Of a DNA stretch of 64,000 bases, positions 37,201-49,200 are shown one piece after another. The notes beneath the pieces were generated by a model that was not told the origin of the DNA, ran no database searches, and saw only the letters and a program-made list of their open reading frames with translations. Made by a program: the position numbers and the translations under genes. Each line of letters opens with the position of its first letter. Positions within the stretch are counted from its first letter, which is position 1. This stretch comes from Malacoraja senta (lineage: Eukaryota): NCBI GenBank assembly GCA_038087875.1, contig CM075994.1:8620001-8684000 (forward strand), given 5' to 3'.

Positions 37201-40200
37201 ACTCCTGCACCTATTGTCTATTGTCTCTGGAGAGAAGGAATGGGCAACGTTTCGGGTCAAGACCCTTCTTCAGACAGATGACAGGGAAGGGGGCGGGACA
37301 GATAGAATGTAGGCGGAGACACAGTCTAGTGGGAGAACTGGGAAGGGGGAGGGGATGCAGAGAGAAGCAAGGGCTATCTGAAGTTAGAGAAGTCAATGTT
37401 CATACTGCTGGGTGTAAGCTGGCAAAGCAAAATATGAGGTGCTGTTCCTCCAATTTGCGCTGGGCCTCACTCTGACAATGGAGGAGGCCCAGGACAGAAA
37501 TGTCAGTGGGAATGGGAGGGGGAGTTGAAGTGCTGAGCAACCAGGAGATCAGTTAGGTTAAGACGGACTGAGCGGAGGTGTTCAGCGAGAACGATCGCCG
37601 AGCCCACGCTTGGTCTCGCCGATGTAGAGAAGTTGACACCTGGAACAGCGGATACAGTAGATAAGGTTGGAGGAGGTGCAAGTGAACCTCTGCCTCACCT
37701 GGAAAGACTGCTTGGGTCCTTGAATTGAGTCAAGGGGGGAGGTAAAGGGACAGGTGTTGCATCTCCTGTGGTTGCAAGGGAAAGTACCCGAGGAGGGGGT
37801 GGTTCGGGTGGGAAGGGATGAGTTGACCAGGGAGTTGCGGAGGGAACAGTCTCTGCGGAAAGCAGAAAGGGGTGGAGATGGGAAGATGTGGCCAGTAGTG
37901 GGATCCCGTTGGAGGCGGCGAAGGTGTTGGAGGATTATGTGCTGTATGCGACGGCTGATGGGGTGGAAGGTGAGGACAAGGGGGGCTCTGTCCTTGTTGC
38001 GAATGGGGGGAGGGGGAGCAAGAGCGAAGCTGTGGGATATCGAGGAGATCCCAGTGAGAGCCTCATCAATGATGGAAGAGGGGAACCCCCGTTCCCTAAG
38101 GAATGAGGACAACTCCGATGATCTAGTATGGAACACCTCATCCAGGGCACAGATGCGGCGTAGATGGAGGAATGGGGAGTAGGGGATAGAGTCTTTACAG
38201 GAAGCAGGGTGGGAAGAAGTCTAGTCAAGATAGCTATGGGAGTCAGTAGGTTTGTACTAGAAGATGTCAGTCGATAGTCTGTCTCTTGTGATGGAGATGG
38301 TGAGATCCAGAAACGGGTGGGAGATGTCGGAGATGGTGGCCTTCCAATTTAGTTTAGTTTAGTTGAGAAATACAGTGCAGAACCAGGCCCTTCGGCCCAT
38401 CGAGTCCGTGCCGACCAGAGATCTTACGCACACTAACACTATTCTACACCCACTAGGGACAATTTTTACAATTCTACCCAAGCCAATTAATCTACAAACC
38501 TGCATGTCTTTAGAGTGTGGGAGGAAACTGAATATCTCGGAGAAAACCCACGTGGGTCACGGGGAGACGTGCAAACTCCTTACAAGCGGCACCTGTAGTC
38601 GCGATCGAATCTGGGTCTCTGGCGCTGTAAGGGCAGCGGCCACTGTGCTTAACACAATTGTGACCATGCTCGTGTACAAAATCATGAGACAAATAGATCG
38701 GGTAGACACACTGACTTTCTTGCCCAGAGTAGGGGAATCGAGGACCAGAGGACATAGGTTCAAGGTGAAGGGAAAAGATTTAATAGGAATCTGAGGGGTA
38801 ACTTTTTCACACAAAGGGTGGTGGGTGTATGGAACAAGCTGCCAGAGAAGGCAGTTGAGGCTGGGACTATCCAACGTTTAAGAAACATTTGGACAGGTAC
38901 ATGGGTAGGACAGTTTTGGAGGGATATGGCCAAATGCAAGCAGGTGGGACTAGTGTAGCTGGGGCATGATGGTCGGTGTGGGCAAGTTGGGTGAAGGGCC
39001 TGTTTCCACACTGTATCTATAAAATGTAATGTCTCAAAATGGCAAACCCCTATACAAGACTGTTTTGCTTTCTCTCGGCACCGCCTCAAGGACTCCACAT
39101 CCTTGATGTAATGTATTAACCAGACCGGCAAGGTGGTGCAGCAGTAGATTTGCTGCCTCACAGCGCCAGAGATCCGGGTTCAATCCTGACTGCGGGTGCT
39201 GTCTGTACGGAGTTTATACCTTCTCTCCGTGACCTGCGTGGGTTTTCTCTGAGATCTTCGGTTTCCACCCACACTCCAAAGACATAGAGGTTTGTAGATT
39301 AATTGCCGTTAGTTTAAATGTAAAATTATCCTTAGTGTGAGTAGGATAGTGTTAGTGTGTGAGGATTGCTGGTCGGTGCAGCCTCGGGTGGGCTGACGGG
39401 CCTGTTTCTGCGCTGTATCTCTAAACCTAAACTAATAAAATGATATTATACTTCAACTAGGACAATACATTTTTACCCAGCCCATGGGGGAACATCGGCT
39501 TGTAGATAAAATTTAATCTCACATTTGGAATTGACCAGGATGCTCGTTTCCTCAGTCTTCATCACACCTTCTCCCTGTGGACAAGAGACGAGATAGTTTA
39601 CAATTTCACCTTCACAAGTTCACAAGTTCGAAGAGTCGAATTAGGCCATTCAGCCCATCAAGTTTACTCTGCCATTCAATCATGGCATCATCTATCTCTC
39701 CCTCTCAACCCCATTCTCCTGCCTTCTCCCCGTAACCCTCGACACCGTTCTAATCAAGAATCTATCTCTGCCTTAAAAAAATCCACTGCCTAGGCTTCCA
39801 CAGCCTTCTGTGGCAACGAATTCCACAGATTCACCACCCTCTGACGAAAGAAGATTCTCCTCATCTTCCAAAAAGAACGTGCTATAATTCTGAGGCTGTG
39901 ACCTCTAGTGCTAGACTCTCCCAATAGGAAGGAAAGTTCGAGAAGGGATAAAAGAGTAAGGTCAGGGCCAATTGCGAGCGGTGCGAGAGGGGAGGTGAAT
40001 ACGGAGGTCAAAGTGTTGTATATGAATGCACGAAGTATAAGAAGTGAATGAGCTTGAGGCTCAGTTTAGAAATTGGCAAGTATATGTTGTGGGAATTACA
40101 GAGACATGGCTGCAAGAGGGCAGGGCTGGGAACTGAATATTCAAGGGTATAGCTCCTATCGAAAAGACAGACAGGTGGGCAGAAGGGGTGGGGTAGCTCT

Positions 40201-43200
40201 GTTGGAAGGAAATTCAGTCCTTGACAGGGGTGACATTGAAACAGGAGATGTGGAGTCAGTATGGATAGAACTAAGGAATTGTAAGGGTAAAAATACCCCT
40301 AATGGGACTTATCTACATGTCCCCAAACAGTAGCTTGGACATAGGGTGCAAGTTGAATCAGGAGTTAAAATTGGCATGTAGTAAAGGTATGCTACGGTTG
40401 TTATGGGAGATTTCAACATGTAGGTAGACTGGGAAAATCAGGTTGGTACTGGACCCCAAGAAAGGGAGTTTGTGGAGTGCCTTCGTGATGGATTCTCAGA
40501 GCAGCGTGTATTGGGGCCTACCAGGGAGAAGGCAATTCTGGATTTATTGTTATGTAATGAACCGGATTTGATAAAGGAACTTGAGGATAATGAGCCATTA
40601 GGAGGCAGTGACCATAACATGGTCAGGTTTAATCTACAATTGTAGAGGGAGAAGGTAGATCAGAGTTGTCAGTGTTGCAGTTGAATAAAGGGGACCATGG
40701 AGACATGAGGGAGGAGCTGGCCAAAGTTGACTGGAAAGATACCCTAGCAGGGATGACAGTGGAACAACAATGGCAGGTATTTCTGGGAATAATACAGAAG
40801 GTGCCAGGATCAGTTCATTCCAAAGAGGAAGAAAGATTCTAAGGGGAGTAAGGGAGACCGTGGCTGACAAGGGACGTCAAGGACAAGTATAAAAATAAAA
40901 GAGAAGTACAACGTAGCAAAAGATGAGCGGGAAGCAAGAGGTTGGGTAATGTTTAAAGAGCAACAGAAGATAACTAAAAAGACAATACGGGGAGAAAAGA
41001 TGAGGTACGAAGGTAAGTTTAGCCAAGTATAAAAAGGAGGATAGTAAAAGCTTCTTTAGGCATGTAAAGAGGAACAAATTAGTTAAGACATAAGTTGGAC
41101 CCATTGAAGACTAATAAGGGTGAATTTATTATGGGGAACAAGGAAATGGCAGATGAGTTGAACAGGTACTTTGGATCCATCTTCACTAAGGAGGACATAA
41201 ACAATTTTACTTCGGAGTCACGTGAGTGATTACCGTGAAGAAGAGCCCGTCCAGCCGCACACGCGTCATATCGTACAGACGCATAGCTTGTGTGCCGATG
41301 TTTGGAGTGAGCAGAGCTCCTCCAAACCAGTAAGTAATAAACCTGAAGGTAAGTTTTTACTTATGTTTTTCAGGTGATTTAAAAAGACTTGTAGTAATGA
41401 AATACAAGTCATAATGAAGAAAATTGTGGAGGTGTAACCGCAGAGTGCTCAGACAGACCGCGGGGTCTGTGAGTAGCGGGCGCCCTTTAAAAAAAAAATT
41501 TAAACTGTTACCGTTTAGCGCCATTAGATCGCATAGATAAAGAGGGTTGCCGTTAAAGAAGTCAGACGGAGATCCCCGTTTCAGGTAACTAGTTGGTTAT
41601 ATTTAAAACCTAGTTACAAGGCAATGCGGGGAACGCCTGTCAGGTAACTAGTTTGTTATATTTAAAACCTAGTTGCAGGGCAATGCGGGGAATGCCTGGG
41701 GAATGTCCAGGTTAACCGTTTGGTCTAAAGTAGAGCAGCATATGAAGTGCCTAGGGAAGGTCCGGGTTTAGTGTTGGCCGAGAGAAGGCCAGTGTATGAA
41801 GTGCATGGGGAAGGTCTGTTTTAACATTGTCCCTATAGGGCCAGTGCAGGGAGTGCCTGGTGGAGGTCCAGGTTTAGCGTTGGCCTAGAGGAGAGCCAGC
41901 GCATGGAGTGCTTTATAAGGTCTGGCTCAATGTTGGTCTAATGGGTGAGCCAGCATAGGAAATATTTGGGAAAGTCCGGTTCAGCGCTGGCCTCCAGGTG
42001 AGCCCACTGTGAGCAAATGGTTGGTTAAGGTACGTTGGTTTACAGGAGAGCCAGCGCCAACTATATCTGGAAGTTAGCGTGGGCCTACAGGTGAGCCAGC
42101 GCCAGCAGCACCTGTAAGAGGGCTGCATATGATGGGCCCACAGGAGAGCCCGCATGTGAGAGCAACTGGAAGGGTTGCTATGCGTAGGCCTATGGGAGAG
42201 CCAGCGCTAGAGATACCTGAAGCAGGATGTAAATTCGCTCCTCCATGAGGAGATTATTTCATAAAAAGATTCAAGTAAACAAATCATATGAGGGACTAGA
42301 GCCCAATACAGAGCCAAAGGACCAGAGTTGGCTCAATATATCAAAGTTGTGGTTCCAAAAGATGAGGAACCATTGGGAGATAAATAAACTATGTCAATAA
42401 AATACTTACTCTCCCAGCAGCTCCATGTTCTAACCAGGTATGAGCTATCTACAAATATAAACCCGCAGTATTGAACATGATAAGCAAGTCTCAGCGGGGG
42501 AGAGGGTATTGATATTACTGGTCAGGCGTTAAGGCTTTTTTGACCAAAGGTTGGATGGAGAGCATGTTTATATTGGCACTCTGTGTAGTGCGCACTTTCA
42601 AATAATTGTTTTATAAAAGTGCTATAAAACCTAATATATACCCTAAGTTTGGGAGCTCTGTACACCATCTAATGTTTAAATTGTCTATTAATCTGTTTTT
42701 AAAAGATCTAGCCAAAAAAGGTATGATCCTGTGTGATTAACAGATAAATTTAAGGCAGTTTTCCCTACCAATATGTGGTGACTGGGGATAGTAAAGTATC
42801 AATTCTGTCTTTCCCATATGTGCGTTATAGGCGCACTCCTCCTGAGATATGTGGAAGTTATAATATTCCACTAAGATCAGGGGATAACAATTGCCATAGG
42901 CAAACCCTGAGGAGGAGGTCTGGTTCTGTAAGAAACATATTAAATGTTTTACACTTACAAGTTGGGGAAGATTATATTCTTGCTAAAAAATGGCATTGAT
43001 ATTATACTGTACAGTATTGTGGGGTTTAGAATGTAGTTCTACCCATATTTGGTTTCTCTTACTAAGGTATTTGAAACCAGACACATATTTTCTCAAAATA
43101 AGAGAATATGTAGATTCAAACAAAACATGAAATATTGTGGAAAAGAGATGATTAAGAAGTCAGTTCACCATTACCATCAATTAATGCCAAATATGTTATG

Positions 43201-46200
43201 AGAGCAAATAAGGATGGTGGGTGTAGAATTATTCTAGATCTGAAATTTTTTAACTCTTTTTTGTACAGTATAAACAGTGGATAACATTTGTTAATGTTAT
43301 GCAGCCAATTTCACAAATAAGCATTTTACTATGTGACTGTGTATGGTATAATAGATATTTCTATTTTATCTGGATAAGCCAATTATGGCAATTTAAAGCA
43401 TTGTATTAATGTTTAGTCTCATCCTTGATACTATTTGACAGGTTGTTGGATCTAATATTAGCTTTACTAAGAACTCAGGGCCATTTGGTAATGGTCTATT
43501 GCCATATTCTGATTGTAGGAAACATTCGGACTACAACAGAACCATGAGTGTTAGAATAAAGCTCACTTTGGAGATTTGTTAACCATCGAGATAAATCTAA
43601 AACAGTTTCCAAACAGTTATTGATTATTTGGGTTCCATTATTAAATGAGAACACATGGTTATGATCCGATTGCGGATTAAGGCTGCATTTAAGTGGAAGT
43701 TGTATAAAGCTCATTATAGAGCATCAACCATTGTATAAAGGTCATTATAGAGCACTAATCCTCAATTAGGCATTTAATTGGAAGTGGTATTAAGCTCATT
43801 ACATAGCACCAACCCTCATTAGGCAGGAAACAAGCCTATTTTGCTTATTTTCAGCTGTAGAATTTAGACTGCGACATTATCAGAGTTTATAGTAAGCATG
43901 GATAGAGGAATGGATAATACAATTCATGGTAAGTTTGCCAGGCCATTTATTTGCCAGTTACAGTTATTACTGGAATATTAATGAATCAGGAGTGTCTCAA
44001 ATGCCTCCAGAGAGATTCTGGTTAAACACCTTCCATTATGCTACACACTAATGGTCATACTTATAAGTATTTTCAGCTGTGGAGGTACATGGAATATGGA
44101 GAAAGTACCTTTCGATCCAATAACAAGGGATCATTATGAAAGTTTTAGGAACATTTATGACCTAAAGCTTATTGCTCTTATATGCAAAGTTGCATGTTTA
44201 GACATAGATTGAGACTATGGAGTAGAACGTATGTCAATCATTCGAGTGGTTTAAGTCAGTATCTTGTAATAGACTGGCTAATGTGATCTGGATCTGGTGT
44301 TTACCAGAAATATTTGATTGGCAATCTACCTATATAGTTTCATATATAGATTCAATATAGTTGAAGACTCAAAAGTCATGTAAATCAATGATAATACAGA
44401 ATGTATGTTGGATCGTGAGAAATTTAATAAATATTATAGCACGATTGATGACTTGTTTGTATCCAGATTTAACCACCAATTACCTAAATATATGTTATAA
44501 AGTCTGATACTGGGGCAGTGGTGGTGGATGTTTCTCGCTGCATTGAGGTAAAATGTTTGTATACATTTTTCCATTTTTTCTCATTTAACAGTATATACAG
44601 AAGAGCAAACAGGATTCCGTTTCGGGAGTATTGGTGGTACTAGATTGGATCTACAAAACCATGGTACCCTGAGGTGTTTAAAATGATCACAAAGCCTCTT
44701 ATGATTTCCAAACAGAATTAATCTGTTTGTGCACTATAACTGATGATTCACATCCTTTACATAATCGTATTGGTTGTTGATTTACAGATTTTAAGGAGTG
44801 ACATTTATCGGAAGAGGACTATCAGATTGCACTGTGGATATATATTTTTATTTTTTATTTTTATTTTATTCTTTATTTCGAACAGAATAAAAGAATAAAA
44901 AGCAAGTGTGAAACAGCATACAAAAAACAAAACAAGAATATTTATAGTGTCATAAACAATATCTATAAATAAATGAAATCGTATGTGTCCGAAAAGGAGC
45001 AGGAAGAAGCCAAAGCTTATTAATTCCCACCCCTTATTCAACTGCTTATAATTATCTTATACAAATTTAGCAGCTATATGTACACCATATGTACACCAGC
45101 AGCTATATGTACACCAAATTATTTACATTTATACACTAATCAAATATTTACAAAGCCATACAAAAAAAGAGAGAAAAAAAGAAAAAAGAAAATAAAAAAC
45201 CCTCATATACTATACAGTATCTCTTAGTCATATATACAACCCATCACCCTATAATCACCCTTCCCAATACAATCAGTATAACAAATATCCCACTCACAAT
45301 CACCTATCCCAATATCCTTTAACAAAGTGTTTTTGTACATCATCTTAAACTGAATTATGTTTGTGCTAAGTTTTATCTCCTGTTTTACTTCGGAGTCACG
45401 TGAGTGACTACGTGAAGAACCCCGTCACGTGACTCCGTGAAGAACCCCGTCAGGGCGCATGCGCGTCATTACGTCTGACGCATTGGCGACAACGGCAGCA
45501 GGAGCACGGAGCTCCTGCAAGGCGGAGCAGCTCATGCAGGGGCTGCTCCACAGAGACGCTCCAGGAGGAGTTGTGTGGGCGGGAAGCCGTGGGGAAGGCT
45601 CCGCTGGCAGTGCCTAGGAGAGGTCTGCTTCATAAAGCCATACTCCAGGGGAGTTGTGCAGGCGGGAAGTCATAGGTAAGGCTCCGCTGGCAGTGCCTAG
45701 GAGAGGTCTGCTTCATAAAGCCATACTCCAGGAGGAGTTGTGCAGGCGGGAGGCCGTGGGGACGGCTCCGCTGGCAGTGCCTAGGAGAGGCCTGCTTCAC
45801 AAAGCCACACTCCAGGAGGAGTTGTGCAGGCGGGAAGCCTTAGGGAAGGCTCTGCTGGCAGTGCCTAGTAGAGGCCTGCTTGAAAGCACCCTCTTTGCAA
45901 GAGGTGAGTGCAGAAGGGCAGATACGCTCTGACCCTGAGTCCGACGACAACTTCCAAAGGGAGGGCAGGCAGCTGCCAGAGCTGACACCGTGTGCAGCAC
46001 GGTTTGCCATGTCGTCGGACGCTGGTGAGCCTCTGGGTGAGGAAATTGCCACCAGCATAAATTACCAAGTCTCACATCAGCTACAGGAGCTGACAATGGA
46101 TGAGACAGTAAGGAAGCATGAAGCCCAATCAACTGTGGACTGTTAAAAGTTACTGTTGGGAAAAGGAAGAATTGGGGCAAGATGGGCATACTAATGAGAG

Positions 46201-49200
46201 CCCAGGAGCATGTCAAGCTCCAGCATATTTTTAAAGTTGCTGGCATCTGGTATAATGAGCTTTGCCAGGATGGTGGATGGAGAGGCCATGACAAATTACA
46301 ACAAAAGGCGCTATTGTGGAGTGCCCACGTTGAGATCAACTGCCTTTGCAAGACTGCGATTACACCAACCATCAATTCTAAAATGCTTCACTCTGGCAGC
46401 CTGGCACAGTGCAACCGGCACAGCTGTTTGGCGAGGATTTCGCACAGCAGGTGAAGGAGCTGGAGGAGAAGTATCCCTATAAGCAAGGAGACTGGTCCGG
46501 GCAAGGGACGAGTCCAGCTACGATGCAGCGCAGTTGGCGTTTGGCTGTAGCACCGCCAGGGAAGGTGAGATATCCAGCTCGAGGCCGGGGAAGAATGCCA
46601 GGTGGTAAGGAGGTAAGTGGGTCTGGTTCGCAAGTACACAGATCTAATGTGATACCTCAGATATGGTTATACTGAAGGTTATAGAAGGATATCGAACAAA
46701 GCTTAATGCAAATTCTGATTTACCCATGCAACATGTTCCAAAAAGGAGTGGATTTCAGTATCACTGAACAATTGGAAGTTCAGGTGGAACTTGCAAGCTT
46801 ATGTAATAAAGGTGTAATTGCTAAGGCAGTTTACCAAAGCCATCAGTTTGTGTCCAATATCTTTCCCAGACCAAAAAAGGATGGGGGGATGCAGAATTAT
46901 ACTGGACCTGAATAGGCTTAACCCTTTTGTACAGTATAGACATTTTAAGATGGAAATGTTTGTGAAGGAGATGTTAAAGATGCGGATTCAGTGTCTGTTC
47001 ATTTGCAGGATAGAAGATTTAAAATTCAGCTGGATGGGGCAATTATGCCAATACAATGCACTGCCTAATGGTTTGTCTTCAGCTGCTAGAGTGATTACAA
47101 AGTTGTTAAAACCTATTCTAGGCATGATGAGAAGTCAAGGGCATGTGCTCATGGCTTAACTAGATAATATCTTGATTGTAGGACAATCAAAGGAAACAGT
47201 TGGTAAAAAACACTTTTTAACATAAGCTATCCAGAGAAATCTAAATTTATACCTGTGACACAAATTGACTAGTTGGGTTCACAATAGACTTAATCAACAT
47301 GATTGTGACCTTGCCCAGGCAAAAAAGGGTAGAGCTAATTAAGAGCTGTATCAAGTTAATTGCTGACACACAGCCTTCAATTAGCCAGGTGACAAGTCTG
47401 CTGTGGTAATTGCTGGCAGCATTTCCAGCAGTTCAATATGGCCACTTTATTATCTACAATTACAAAGGTCAAAGGAACAAGCACTGAGGATACATTAGGG
47501 TCATTATAACAGACCTATGCTTCTATCAATAGAGGCTGTTGCTGAAGTACAATGGGGGATTCAGCATGTGTCCACTAGTAGTTCCAAAGTGTTATTGGAC
47601 CAAGCTTCCATGATTTTGCAGACCGATGTCAGAGCACTTGGGTAGGGTGCTACTGATACAAGATCCAGCTGTGGAGGCAGATGGACATTACTTCTGCAAA
47701 CATGGGGAATTAACCAAGAGTATTTTATGGATTCAAGGCTTATGGCACTAACAAAACTAGTTTGCGTGTGCAGTGCAAAATAGACAACACTACAGCAGTT
47801 GCTTATATGAATCACATGGGTGGAATCAAATCGTTATCATATGACAGGTTGGCAAATAAAATTGGACCTGGAGTATGGATATTTGGATTGGAGCTATCTG
47901 CCAGGGAAACTTAATATAGTACCAGATGGCAGCTCATGGAAATTCCATGATAATACAGAGTGGATGTTGAACAGGATGTGTTCAAGAACATAGTACTTCT
48001 ATATGGAAGGCCAAAATATGTTTCATGGGCACCAGATCCAGGGGCCGTGGCAATTGATGCTTTTTCACTAAATTGGGATGGTATGTTTGTGTACGTTCCC
48101 ATCGACCATATATTAAAAGCCGCAGGTTGGAAAAATGAACTTGTGTTTCAGCAATACTACCATCGGCCGATTGCCGATGGAGGGCTGTTTGCCAACTCAA
48201 TATTGAATGCTGTTGCTATTGTTTAAAGTCTGTTTTCAATACTGTTTCAATCTGTTTCGTTTGTTGCCCTACATTAAGAGGGTTTATTGGTTGTTTTATG
48301 ACCAAAAATAAAACTGTTTTGTTTTTGCATGATATGCAATGTCATGTTTACAGCATTATTGATGATACTCAGAGTCAATCGATGCAGTGAGAAGCCGGGA
48401 TTTTGATCTGCGGCATAAAAATCACAGAGCTTTAAATCTTCACGTAGTCACTCACGTGACTCCGAAGTAAAATAGTAAGATTAAACGAGAACTTACCAGT
48501 TTGAAGTTTGATCTTTATTTTATGAGGAGTTACGTTGGTGATTACATGCCCGCCACGCCCAACCCTCTCTCATAGAAAAAAGGTCATAATGGTAGTTCTC
48601 ATGTTGATCATCTTAATATGTTACTTCAATTATGGTGTTGTCTGTGATTTCATACCGCTGCTTTGAAGATTGACGCGCATGCGCCCTGACGGGGTTCTTC
48701 ACGTAATCACCAACGTAACTCCTCATAAAATAAAGATCAAACTTCAAACTGGTAAGTTCTCGTTTAATCTTACTATTCCAGACCATTCCACAAATTCACC
48801 CCACAGATTGCTATGTACATACTTTTAAGAGTTGTTCTGACATTGAGGTTTTTTAAATTATGTTTCCCTCTCAAATTATACCCACCCTGTCTTTCCATAA
48901 ACAGTTTTTGTATATTTCTTGGAAGTAAATTATTTCTTGCTTTGTACATGATTTGCGCAGTCTTAAATTTAACCAGATCGGTGAACTTCAGTGTATGAGA
49001 CTAAGAATAATAAATTGGTATGTTCAAGATATCCAACGTTATTGATAATTCTTATTGCTCTTTTTTGTAATGTGCATAACGGCTGTAGGTTGGTTTTGTA
49101 GGTGTTACCCCATATTTCCACACAGTAACTCAGATATGGCAATATGAGTGTATTATACAGAATATCTAATGATTTGTGGTCCAGAATGTGTCTTGATTTT

